64,000 bases of DNA from Candidatus Sumerlaeaceae bacterium (GCA_051003195.1 JBPCLP010000024.1:92704-156703); one strand, 5' to 3'; shown: positions 19,306-28,188, counted from the first letter of the stretch. Translations and numbers: made by a program. Notes: generated by a model not told the origin, from the sequence alone.

Positions 19306-20723
19306 ACAACCGACATTACGTAGTGGTGATAATGCTGCTGGCCGTGGCGTTACCGCAGTTGTATCTCTGGCGCTGGACCGTCGATGACGCGTTCATTTCT
19401 TTTCGCTACCTGGCCAACCTGGCAAGCGGCTACGGACTCGTGTTCAATCCCGGCGAAAGAGTGGAAGGATTTTCTCACCCGCTGTGGATGATTCTCCTTT
19501 CTCCAGCCGCGTTCATTTCGCGCTTCGCGCTCATTACATGGGCGAAGCTCCTCGGGCTCGTATGCACCCTCGGCACCGGCATTTGTCTCCTCCGCATGCT
19601 TCGCCGGAGTGTCGCAGCGCCTGCCGCAATAGTCGCGGGACTCCTGCTATGGCACCTGTCGCCCGGAACACACATCTACGCAACCTGTGGACTGGAAACG
19701 CCTTTGCTCGCTCTATTGCTCACATGGGCTTTGGAGCGCTCCGCCGTAAACGCCCCACCCTGGCAACCCGCCATGCTCGTCGGCCTGGCGGCAATCCTCC
19801 GTCCGGAAGCGCCTCTTTATGCAATCGCGTGGCTGCTCACGTGCCGGCAAAGCAAAACCGCGATACGAGCACCCGCCCTGGTTCTTCTACTGATCCCTGC
19901 CATCGCCTGGGAAATCTTCCGAATCGCCTATTACGACGCCTGGCTGCCAAACACGTTCTTCGCAAAGCCGCCCGGTACGTTTGGCGGTAAATTCGGGGTT
20001 CAATACATGCTGCCATTGCTCGCAGCCTGCAGCCTGCCACTCGTGGTGCTCGCCCATCCCAGTGACAAGCCTCAGGTACGCCTCGCCGGCGCCTGGTGCA
20101 TCGCCGCTCTCGTGTTTGTTGCATACACCCAGGGCGATTGGATGCCGTTCTGGCGCTTCCTGGTTCCCGTGTGGCCCGCTGCGCTGTTGCAGCTCGCCGT
20201 CGGCATCGATGTGCTGCACCGCAAAGGCATTCCTGTCCGACGTCTCGTCGTCGCTTGCGTGGTAATTGGGGTGCTGCTGCAAAGCACGCAGCTGCCGTCT
20301 TTGCTTCGCGGAGACGGATTGTACGACCTCATGCGCGGCACTCATCAGATGAAAGGCGGTCAATGGCTGGCTGAACACATCAAACCCGGCGAATCCGCGG
20401 CGACGGTAAGGCTGGGAGCTCTTGCATGGCAAGTTCCAGTCAATCCGGTGCACGACATCGCGGGGCTTACTGACCGCACCGCCGCACGCCACCTGTGGCA
20501 AAACCACGGTTCAATTGCCTGGAAGACGCACCCGCTCGCAAAAGATCCGCCCAGCTGGATCGCCGCCGTATCGCTGGACGGACAAATTGCCTACCATGGC
20601 GACGCGGACCTCACGCGCGATCTGGCTGATAACTATGATCTTGTGGGCCAGGTGGCACAAGGCCCTGGCGCAGAATGGCATTTCTTTCACCGCAAAACAG
20701 CCTCTGCTTCACGCCCACCGTAG
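19302..20723 (+). CDS. Multi-pass membrane glycosyltransferase (GT-C/arabinosyltransferase-like)
   Basis: 'DDAFISFRY...GLVFNPGERVEGFS', 'GLET', 'RPE', 'LPNTFFAK', 'GDWM'. Confidence 0.75.
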   Translation: MNNRHYVVVIMLLAVALPQLYLWRWTVDDAFISFRYLANLASGYGLVFNPGERVEGFSHPLWMILLSPAAFISRFALITWAKLLGLVCTLGTGICLLRMLRRSVAAPAAIVAGLLLWHLSPGTHIYATCGLETPLLALLLTWALERSAVNAPPWQPAMLVGLAAILRPEAPLYAIAWLLTCRQSKTAIRAPALVLLLIPAIAWEIFRIAYYDAWLPNTFFAKPPGTFGGKFGVQYMLPLLAACSLPLVVLAHPSDKPQVRLAGAWCIAALVFVAYTQGDWMPFWRFLVPVWPAALLQLAVGIDVLHRKGIPVRRLVVACVVIGVLLQSTQLPSLLRGDGLYDLMRGTHQMKGGQWLAEHIKPGESAATVRLGALAWQVPVNPVHDIAGLTDRTAARHLWQNHGSIAWKTHPLAKDPPSWIAAVSLDGQIAYHGDADLTRDLADNYDLVGQVAQGPGAEWHFFHRKTASASRPP

Positions 20724-20846
20724 TATGCAGTCTCAGAGTGCGACACCGCGTGCCGCACCATACAACCCGGATAATTCCTTTTACGCATCGCCTGCGAATT
20801 TGCCAGGCGTCGGAAGGGTTCCGGTGCTGCGTCCAGAACTACAGAA

Positions 20847-20907
20847 TGGAGTCTCGACGCGAAGCAAGCTTCGCTACCCAAAGCGGCGGCAAGCCGCGCG
20901 CACTCCA
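20847..20907. repeat. REP/REPIN-like palindromic element
   Basis: TGGAGT...GCGAAGCAAGCTTCGC...AAAGCGGCGGCAAGCCGC...ACTCCA: nested inverted repeats. Confidence 0.6.
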
Positions 20908-20928
20908 AAATCCAACTCCGAGCCTCCT

Positions 20929-20966
20929 TAATCAAAATTAATCAAACCTAATCAAAACTAATCAAA
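20929..20966 (+). repeat. Four TAATCAAA copies at exact 10-bp period
   Basis: Copies start at 20929, 20939, 20949 and 20959. Confidence 0.85.
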
Positions 20967-21136
20967 GAATTGCCGTCGCTCGTTGGCATTTCACGATTTA
21001 AATCAAACAGGCCAAATGGGGTAATTTCGCCCTTTGATTTCCGTAATGTTCAGATAATACGGCGGCACGCGCTCCAATTGCTCGGCAGCAAGGACGGCGG
21101 GTTGCGTTGTCCGGATCATCAAAATGTCTCCTTTCT

Positions 21137-21172
21137 GCTTTCAAGTTCAAGTTGGTAATTTCGCCACTTGAA
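21137..21172 (-). repeat. TTCAAGTGGCGAAATTACC-AACTTGAA motif, inverted partner of 29000-29036
   Basis: Reverse complement ttcaagtggcgaaattaccaacttgaacttgaaagc closely matches 29000-29036. Confidence 0.8.
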
Positions 21173-21290
21173 TAGCGGTAATGTTTCTGTAAGGTTTCGC
21201 TCCTGTTGGAGTTTGTCTGCTTCCGCTCGGGGTGTCTTCTGGCGGAGTTGGGCCGGGCTGTTGCCTTCGGTAATTTGCTGGAACCCGTCA

Positions 21291-21317
21291 GCCACAGGCG
21301 AGACGCCTGCGCCACTC
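21291..21317. repeat. REP-like palindrome CACAGGCGAGACGCCTGCGCCAC
   Basis: CAGGCG-aga-CGCCTG hairpin; related half-site GTAGCACAGGC at 21372. Confidence 0.55.
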
Positions 21318-21478
21318 GGGCTGCTTTCGGGGTCGTGAAACTGCGTTTGTTTTATCATCATGAGGACCTGTGTAGCACAGGCTTTTGGACAATGGTATTC
21401 CCACACGTCCGCTTATAGACCCTTCCGGCTACCTAAAGTGCAGGGGTTTCGGCACCAGTCGCCGGGCAGCCGTGGCCA

Positions 21479-21513
21479 TGAAAAGAAACTGATCGGGAGC
21501 GGACCCCAAATCT
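21479..21513 (+). repeat. Imperfect direct repeat, copy 1 (copy 2 at 22818-22852)
   Basis: tgaaaagaaactgatcgggagcggaccccaaatct vs tgaaaagaactgatcgggtgctgacctcaaagtct. Confidence 0.7.
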
Positions 21514-21570
21514 CGATGCTACTTAGTAAGTCCCTTGCAATGCACCAAGGCCTCTGCTCCAATACCGCGC

Positions 21571-22641
21571 ATGAAAACTACCCTGGCCAGCCTTGCAACC
21601 CGCTCACGCGCCTGCGCCACGATTCGGCTTATGGCAATGGCTGCCTCCGTGCTCCCTTCAACAACAGCCGTGGCCGCCCCAAGTTCGGAATCCACCACCA
21701 CCCTGTACCTTACGCTTCCGCCCGACCCTGTCACCAATGTCTGGCGCACTGACAAAACGACCGTACCTACGACGGCGCTCCCATCGAGCGCTACCATCCA
21801 GCACCAGAAAAACACCGCGCGTTTCGCACCAGACACCATCAAACCCAAGGCCGCCCCCGCCGGCTACGGTTACGTGTGGCGCGTCGTGCTGCTCATCTAC
21901 CCCAGTATCGATTGCGATCAGACCGTCAGCGGCGTCACCACCCACTTCACCTACACCATGTCCGCCGCCGAGATCGCCGAGGCCGAAACCGCTTTCGATA
22001 ACATGATCATCGGCATCCGCGACGGCTCCAACAACGAAGCCCGCATCCAACCCACCGTCATCATCGTTGGCCGCGCACTCACCGCCCTAGCCAAATTCGG
22101 TGCCGATGTCCATTGGCCAGACGCCTCCATCACCTCACCCGAGCTCACCACCTACTGCGCCGGCGGAAAAGCCGACAGCGCCCTCGTCTACTGGCCCGCT
22201 AAAAACCGCACCACCAATGCCGCCATCAATAATCCTTACTGGGGTCTCAGCTACGGCTCACCGACATCCTACACGTACAATGTCGGCTACTCCACGGTAT
22301 CAAACATCAGCTCACCGATGGTCGTTGGATATTATCCCGGCGAAGTCATGATCCACGAGTGGATGCACCCCACCACTGATTACTACCATGTTGTGTGGGG
22401 GTACAATGTGCCAAACCTGGATAGCGCCGGCAGTTACAAACCCTGTCCCACGTGCGCCAACTATGCATACGTCAGCGGCGATGGCTGGATGCCCTTTTAT
22501 CGCGACTTTCTTAGAGGCACTGTGTGGAATCCAAGCGCCAGCCGTTACGAGGGCGTGCCGCCCGCCGCGTGGCGCTCCGGCACCCCCACCAACTACACGC
22601 TCCCGCTTGCTGCCGCAGAAGAGTGGCAGTTGTTCGAATAA
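21571..22641 (+). CDS. Secreted putative zinc metallopeptidase (HExxH) with Trp-containing tail
   Basis: Signal-like N-terminus, 'EVMIHEWMH', ends 'PLAAAEEWQLFE'; strongly C-ending codons. Confidence 0.65.
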   Translation: MKTTLASLATRSRACATIRLMAMAASVLPSTTAVAAPSSESTTTLYLTLPPDPVTNVWRTDKTTVPTTALPSSATIQHQKNTARFAPDTIKPKAAPAGYGYVWRVVLLIYPSIDCDQTVSGVTTHFTYTMSAAEIAEAETAFDNMIIGIRDGSNNEARIQPTVIIVGRALTALAKFGADVHWPDASITSPELTTYCAGGKADSALVYWPAKNRTTNAAINNPYWGLSYGSPTSYTYNVGYSTVSNISSPMVVGYYPGEVMIHEWMHPTTDYYHVVWGYNVPNLDSAGSYKPCPTCANYAYVSGDGWMPFYRDFLRGTVWNPSASRYEGVPPAAWRSGTPTNYTLPLAAAEEWQLFE

Positions 22642-22782
22642 TCTCGCGATGCGGGACCAGGCTGCTATACGTATTACGCTACAGCGTGCGGCGTATGGGC
22701 TGCCTACGGGTGGCAAGCAAAATTAAACAATTAGGGACAAAGTCAGCCGTCACCGTTTAGTCTCGCGGGGTCCAAATGTGTA

Positions 22783-22882
22783 TTAACAAATTAACTGAGG
22801 GCCTGTCCCCCTGTTTTTGAAAAGAACTGATCGGGTGCTGACCTCAAAGTCTTGGTTAACAACTTAACTAATGGCCTGACTA
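22783..22882 (+). repeat. Cluster of short repeats at the left edge of the RM islet
   Basis: ttaacaaattaactgagggcctgtccc (22783) vs ttaacaacttaactaatggcctgacta (22856), enclosing the 22818-22852 repeat. Confidence 0.6.
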
Positions 22883-22961
22883 GGGCAGCAGTTTCGGAGA
22901 TAGCTTTGGGATGGGTAGGAGCACCACTATAGGCAGTAGCTCTCGATGCTCTTGATGCGAA

Positions 22962-23576
22962 CTACGGATTGGCGCCGATCTGGTTCAAAATTGCCTCAAG
23001 CCGAGGGAATTCGGCCGGAATTATGAGCGACCAATTGGTGCGTTGACCTGGTTGCACGATCATCTCATTGGCGCGAGCCCGTTCTCGATCCCCTCGCCAA
23101 CCGTAGTTTGTGAGGCCAAGCTGGAACTCCCGCTTTTTAACCTGATCTCCCGCACGTCCATATAGTTTCAGGATTCTATGGAGGACTCGAAGACGGTCGG
23201 GCAGTGCGGCAACTGTCCCTGGAAAGCAATGCTCCATACACGCTATGAGGTCTAGTATTGCGTCGGCACAGTGCTCAACATCCACCATAAGCGCCGGCGT
23301 GTTATGCTGCAATTCGTTGCGGATATTGTGTGAATCTACAAGCTTCGTGCCGAGTACCGATCCAGGTGGAGCAAGTCCTACGGCTGCATGATTCAGGTGC
23401 CAGTGGAAGTTTTGGCGACCTAGGTTGGGAGTTCCTACTTTAATGCGAATGCGACATGTTGTTTCGACGAGTGAATCACACAATAGAAATGCTGCTCGTG
23501 CGTTGTGTCGTGCATTCGAAAAAAAGACGGTCATGACTGCTTCAAGCGAGTCCATGAGGTAATCGGGACAAGGCAT
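22962..23576 (-). CDS. HEPN-like protein (R-X4-H) encoded in the RM operon
   Basis: 'RAAFLLCDSLVE' helix and 'HNIRNELQH' motif; starts 5 nt after the S-subunit stop. Confidence 0.6.
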   Translation of the reverse strand: MPCPDYLMDSLEAVMTVFFSNARHNARAAFLLCDSLVETTCRIRIKVGTPNLGRQNFHWHLNHAAVGLAPPGSVLGTKLVDSHNIRNELQHNTPALMVDVEHCADAILDLIACMEHCFPGTVAALPDRLRVLHRILKLYGRAGDQVKKREFQLGLTNYGWRGDRERARANEMIVQPGQRTNWSLIIPAEFPRLEAILNQIGANP

Positions 23577-23581
23577 AAGCT

Positions 23582-24940
23582 TTACTCGACGTCCGAAGCA
23601 ATCAGGTCTTCTACGGTCTTCTTAGCTTGTTCAAGTAATTGAGTGGCCTCACGACGCGCTTCGATGGCTTTGCTTACCATACTATCGATCTCATCCTGCA
23701 CGCTCAGCACTTTGTTGGGCACCGGTATGGCGAGCAGGTCTTCTTCGGTGAACCGTGGATGATTGCTGCCATCTTGCGACCACTTGAGGATCGTTTGCAC
23801 CAAAGGCGAACGCAAGAAGACCATTAGGGTTTCGGCAGATAAGCCATTGCCAGTGGGCCGCAGGACAATGAACTCCGACGAGCCGACGCAAGGCGTCTTG
23901 CCCGATGCGCGGACTACGGCGATTTCCTTCAGGTATGAGCGCAGGCGGCTTACCACTACGTCGCCTTTCTGGAACCGTTTCTTGGAACTGCCGATTTGGG
24001 CGGCCTCTTGCGGTTCCTGGCTGTCGTCGATAAACGGTTCCAGCGCAGCGGTGATATCGAAGTTCCGGACAACCTCGCCTTTGGTCGCCCGCATTGGGTC
24101 CCACATGTCGCGAATACCGGGGGCATGCTCCAAGATGTTCCTGTGTGGCATCTTGGCGAGTGCATCGAGGATACGTTTCTTGCAGGGCATGAAGTACTCG
24201 GCGCCGAAGCGATTGGCAGTCTGCAGGTCGCGAAAGCGGCGGGTGTAAGAGGTCTGGGGTGTCAGCGGGAGGTGCTCCAGCCCTAGTGCTTGCATCAACC
24301 GCGCCTCGGCGGCAGCAATCGTTTTTGCTGCGCAGTGTCGCGCTGCCTGCGCTCCTTGGACAGACGCCACGACACGATTGAGCTGCGCCGTGGTCGGTTC
24401 GACAATGGGAATGTCTTTGAGGTCGGGCAGGATCAGGCCCATCTGGACCGCGCCTCTAACGCGGCGCTTGATCTCATACTGTCCAAGCTGCGACGACAAG
24501 TATGCTGCGATGTACTCGCCCGGTAGTATTCGCGGGCGCACGATGGCCAACTTACAGTTGCCGGTCAGTTTGCCGTGGCGATTGGTGACAAGGCCGACCG
24601 TTCCTATCGTGCCTATCACCCCGACTAAGACATCACCAGGAAACATGTGTGAGCGTGCAAGCATCGTGTAGTGTTTCTCAGGGATGTAAATGGGGTCCGC
24701 GTCTGAGATGAAGAAGTCCGAGAGGTCTTGCCCGCGCAGGTAGCGGGTGCCTTCATCGCTGAATTCCTCAGCGATGCTCAGGTGATTCCCATCGCTTACA
24801 TCTGCCACCGCCCGGAGTTGCTTAGTCTGAAGTTTGCGTATCTGCCGCTCCTGTTTAAGGTACTCCGGGCGGTAATGCTCTGCATCCCACCGGATGTCCG
24901 GTGTCATATCGGAAATTTTGACTTCGCTCCACACTGACAT
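23582..24940 (-). CDS. Restriction-modification specificity (S) subunit, two TRDs
   Basis: Duplicated 'RWDAEHY'/'RFGAEYF' motifs, 'GDVLVGVIGTIG', 'GDVVVSRLR', 'IPIV/IPVP' and coiled spacer helices. Confidence 0.8.
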   Translation of the reverse strand: MSVWSEVKISDMTPDIRWDAEHYRPEYLKQERQIRKLQTKQLRAVADVSDGNHLSIAEEFSDEGTRYLRGQDLSDFFISDADPIYIPEKHYTMLARSHMFPGDVLVGVIGTIGTVGLVTNRHGKLTGNCKLAIVRPRILPGEYIAAYLSSQLGQYEIKRRVRGAVQMGLILPDLKDIPIVEPTTAQLNRVVASVQGAQAARHCAAKTIAAAEARLMQALGLEHLPLTPQTSYTRRFRDLQTANRFGAEYFMPCKKRILDALAKMPHRNILEHAPGIRDMWDPMRATKGEVVRNFDITAALEPFIDDSQEPQEAAQIGSSKKRFQKGDVVVSRLRSYLKEIAVVRASGKTPCVGSSEFIVLRPTGNGLSAETLMVFLRSPLVQTILKWSQDGSNHPRFTEEDLLAIPVPNKVLSVQDEIDSMVSKAIEARREATQLLEQAKKTVEDLIASDVE

Positions 24941-26896
24941 TTACACGCCCACTTCACAGAAGGCGAGTCCCTGCGCCTCGCCCCATTTGGCGAACTCCGC
25001 CGCGATCTCATCAAGATCGTGCTCGACGACCATATGGTTGTGGCTGTCGAGCATCGGGGCGTTGTCTGGACCGATCCGGTAAATGTAATCTCCGCCATTG
25101 TCCTTCCCCGACCGCTCGCTTGTCGCCAAGAACACCGGGTAATCGTCCAGCTTCGGGTTCAGCGGCCCAGCCTTCTTGTTGTCGTTCCACGTCTGGATGA
25201 ACAACACGCTAGTTTTTGTGCCCGTATGTGGCTTGAATGTGTTTGCATGCAGGCCAACGACCGCTAGGATCCGGGCCTTGTCGGCGATCCACTGCCTGAT
25301 TGTCTCATCCCCTGAGTTGTTGAAGCGGCCTTGGGGCAGCACAATTGCGGCCCGTCCCCCGGGCCGTAGAAACTGGAGGTTTCGCTCAATAAAGAGAATG
25401 TCTCGGCCTACCTTGGCTTGCCAGCCGCCTTTTGGTTTCTTTGCCAAATCATATTGTGAAAGTATTCGGTTGTCTTTAATGTCGCCAGCGAAAGGCGGGT
25501 TAGTTAAAAGCACGTCGAAATCAAAGTAGCGGAACGTCTTTTGATTTTCCTGATCATCGGGAGCATTTTTAAAATGTCGAAGTCTGGGCCGTAGCCCCGT
25601 GCGTGTTTCTTCAGACCACATTTTGAAATCTAGGGTGTTCGCCCGGTATACGTTCGTCTTTCCGTCTCCGGCAATCGTGTTGAGCGCCTTTGCTATCTTA
25701 ACGGATCGTGGATCGAAATCGATGCCATAGACGTGCGTTCCTGCATACTGGGCTTGCCATTGGTTTGGCCCTTTAGCTGTAAACACATCTCCCCATACGT
25801 GAAAAATCGAGTGAACAGTAAACCCGCACGATCCCGCAGCCGTGTCGATAACGAATTCTTCAGCGTTTGGATTTAACATCTTAACGCACATATCAATCAC
25901 GTGCCTTGGAGTGAAGTACTGCCCCTTCTCACCCTTGCCTGCCTTGACGGACAGGTACTCAAACGCTTCATCGATAACTGAAAGATTCGAGTTAAAAAGC
26001 TTCACGCGCTCCAAAGCAGAGCCGCACACTTTTAGGTGATCTGGCTCCAGATCAATTCTCTCGCCGGGTTGAAAGACACCGGCCCACTCTTCGCAAGCTT
26101 TAGCAAAGAGCCCATCTATAACCTCTGCGAATTCACGCGGAGTGCGACCACCAACACGAAACTCCAGGTTACGCTTGCCTTTTGGGGCACGTGCGGCGCG
26201 GGCCTCATCATAGAGTTTTGCATATATGAGCTTAAACACTTCTTCGAAAGCGTCGACACCCGCATTAGCGAGGACTAAGTCCTCCATGTCGAGAATGACG
26301 TCTTTAAGGCTGGTCCGTTCCTCCACGAGGATGTTTTGCTTTTCGAGGTCTTCAAGCGTCCAAGGTTGGTTAAGCAGATCCGCCAGCTTCTGATCTGCGC
26401 GGGGAATTCCGTCGAGATTACGGAAGAGATTCGGATCCTCCCGATGAAGGTATATTGTCTCTCCACCATTGGTCCACACGCCGATGGGAGAGCCTTCCGC
26501 GTTACAATAGCTCTTTAACTGCTCTAGTCCATCTTTGCGTTTCGGTTTCTTGCATTCGATGATGATGTAGGGCGTGTCCGTCGTACCCTTTTCCCAGATT
26601 ACGATATCGGCCGCTTTCTCATGTACGGAGGAGCCGAAGTAGACTCGCTTTTCCAAAGCTATGCGGTCTTTCGGGTAGCCGTAATCCTCCAGCAGCTTCT
26701 TGAGGTAAAGCTGGCGAACAATTTCCTCGGGCTTTGCCGGTCTTGCCTTGCACGTAGCAAGGCATGTTACATACGGCTTGCCGCCCTTGTCGAAGATCTT
26801 TAAACTAGCGACGTCTTTTGCCGAGAAGATTGTTAGAGCATATTCGGAGCCTTTTAGAATCTCTGTCACTGTCGGGGGCAGGGCGTTTGAGGTCAT
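24941..26896 (-). CDS. Fused restriction endonuclease-N6-adenine methyltransferase (type IIB/IIG-like)
   Basis: N-terminal 'PEEIVRQ...ADIVI...IIECKK' PD-(D/E)xK domain; 'GQYFTPR', motif I 'DTAAGSCGF', motif IV 'NPPF'. Confidence 0.88.
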   Translation of the reverse strand: MTSNALPPTVTEILKGSEYALTIFSAKDVASLKIFDKGGKPYVTCLATCKARPAKPEEIVRQLYLKKLLEDYGYPKDRIALEKRVYFGSSVHEKAADIVIWEKGTTDTPYIIIECKKPKRKDGLEQLKSYCNAEGSPIGVWTNGGETIYLHREDPNLFRNLDGIPRADQKLADLLNQPWTLEDLEKQNILVEERTSLKDVILDMEDLVLANAGVDAFEEVFKLIYAKLYDEARAARAPKGKRNLEFRVGGRTPREFAEVIDGLFAKACEEWAGVFQPGERIDLEPDHLKVCGSALERVKLFNSNLSVIDEAFEYLSVKAGKGEKGQYFTPRHVIDMCVKMLNPNAEEFVIDTAAGSCGFTVHSIFHVWGDVFTAKGPNQWQAQYAGTHVYGIDFDPRSVKIAKALNTIAGDGKTNVYRANTLDFKMWSEETRTGLRPRLRHFKNAPDDQENQKTFRYFDFDVLLTNPPFAGDIKDNRILSQYDLAKKPKGGWQAKVGRDILFIERNLQFLRPGGRAAIVLPQGRFNNSGDETIRQWIADKARILAVVGLHANTFKPHTGTKTSVLFIQTWNDNKKAGPLNPKLDDYPVFLATSERSGKDNGGDYIYRIGPDNAPMLDSHNHMVVEHDLDEIAAEFAKWGEAQGLAFCEVGV

Positions 26897-27068
26897 AAGT
26901 TTGTTTTTCTATAGCCACTGATTCTTAGAATCTACTCTCTTTTAAAGGATGCAGGCGAGCTCACCCCGTTTATTTTATAAGTGCATTTTGTATTTGCCCA
27001 GTTTGTACAGCCCCAAAATGGAGTGAATTGTTTTCCGCTGGGACGGGGTTGGTTGCTGTATAGCAACC

Positions 27069-27200
27069 ATGAGCAAGAAAAGGCATAAGAACGAGGCGTG
27101 GTCCCACCGTTGCGGCTTTCTCAGCAAGCAGCGCTCAGACATCGCAAAGGCGGCAGCAAGCGCACGCTGGAAGCTTAAAAAAGCCGCGCCCCAAGAATAG
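27069..27200 (+). CDS. 43-aa basic peptide with RSDIAKAAASARW motif (possibly degenerate)
   Basis: Manual translation MSKKRHKNEAWSHRCGFLSKQRSDIAKAAASARWKLKKAAPQE; not in the ORF track, where the shortest entries are 60 aa. Confidence 0.45.
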   Translation: MSKKRHKNEAWSHRCGFLSKQRSDIAKAAASARWKLKKAAPQE

Positions 27201-27251
27201 CAACGCGGCTTCGAATGACACAATGTTCAGTGTAACGAGTTGCCGTTAAGG

Positions 27252-27395
27252 CTAGTCCCTGACCCAGATCGGAATGCCCTTTTTACCGGGCGGTGGGTAT
27301 TGGATCGTGCCGTTCTTACGGCGCACGTACTTCACGATTATCAGCCTATAACCGGGCCGACTGTTCGGGTCCTGCCACGTGGTGGCAGTTGCCAT
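27252..27395 (-). CDS. 47-aa basic hypothetical protein
   Basis: ATG at 27395 preceded by GAGGAA; MATATTWQDPNSRPGYRLIIVKYVRRKNGTIQYPPPGKKGIPIWVRD. Confidence 0.55.
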   Translation of the reverse strand: MATATTWQDPNSRPGYRLIIVKYVRRKNGTIQYPPPGKKGIPIWVRD

Positions 27396-27554
27396 GATTT
27401 GGTTCCTCATTGTCATTGAAATGAATAGACAAGTGAAGACCCCTTGCACCATACTGTATCTCTGTAAGCGTTTGAGGACAGAGCGATGCTCCTGGTTCGG
27501 GCCTTCACTTCGTGAATTCCAGGATTTGGATTGTCTTCTGCCCACCTAGTTCAG

Positions 27555-27590
27555 CCCCTGTTGGAGTTAGTGCTCCTTCAGGGGTTCTTT
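27555..27590 (+). terminator. Intrinsic terminator-like hairpin
   Basis: CCCCTG..GGAG..CTCC..CAGGGG followed by TTCTTT. Confidence 0.5.
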
Positions 27591-27651
27591 ATTGCGCCTG
27601 TCCGGTCAGTTATTGGCAGATTGTTACCCGGCAAAGGCTTAGTCTTCTCAT

Positions 27652-28188
27652 CTAAAAAGGTATGTCGTAATTGTACTCCCTGGCATTTGTCTCAGCATCA
27701 TTTTCCTCTGTCTCAGGTTCGACATTGCTCTGGTCGGCAGCAGGTTCATCGGGGACGTCAGCCTCGTCATTGGTGTCGGGGGTACCGCCTAGTAGGTAAA
27801 CCCGCGCCCCATCAATGTCGAACAGATCCTTCTTGGATCCCAAAACTGCGCGAAAGCTCTTTGCCTCGGCTGTGACACCCATCGCCTGACACTCAGCATA
27901 TAGTTTCACAAACTCCATCTGTCGTGAGGGCACGCGTTGCAGCACGGTGTATGCCGCTTTCGCGGAGCCAATTGGGGGATGGAACTTGCTCTTACCCTGT
28001 CCAGGCAATAGAAGTGCGGCCGAGATCACGCCTGACGGAGTGGGCACGCCCCCGGCCTTTACTATAAGCTTATCGTAAACCTTAATTTCTTCGCGGAGCA
28101 GGCGCGCCTTCTCCTCACTTAGGAGCGCTTTGCGCTCTGCATCACTGCGCATGGCCTGCAGATCTTCAATTGAGAGGCTGCCACTCAC
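27652..28188 (-). CDS. Hypothetical protein: coiled coil, putative winged helix, acidic tail ending DIPF
   Basis: GTG start after GGAG; heptad-like N-terminus; acidic C-terminus 'EENDAETNAREYNYDIPF'. Confidence 0.6.
   Translation of the reverse strand: MSGSLSIEDLQAMRSDAERKALLSEEKARLLREEIKVYDKLIVKAGGVPTPSGVISAALLLPGQGKSKFHPPIGSAKAAYTVLQRVPSRQMEFVKLYAECQAMGVTAEAKSFRAVLGSKKDLFDIDGARVYLLGGTPDTNDEADVPDEPAADQSNVEPETEENDAETNAREYNYDIPF

Noticed and set aside
23582..26896. Classical type I RM system
   Set aside because: No HsdR helicase/translocase gene; the nuclease domain is fused to the MTase instead.
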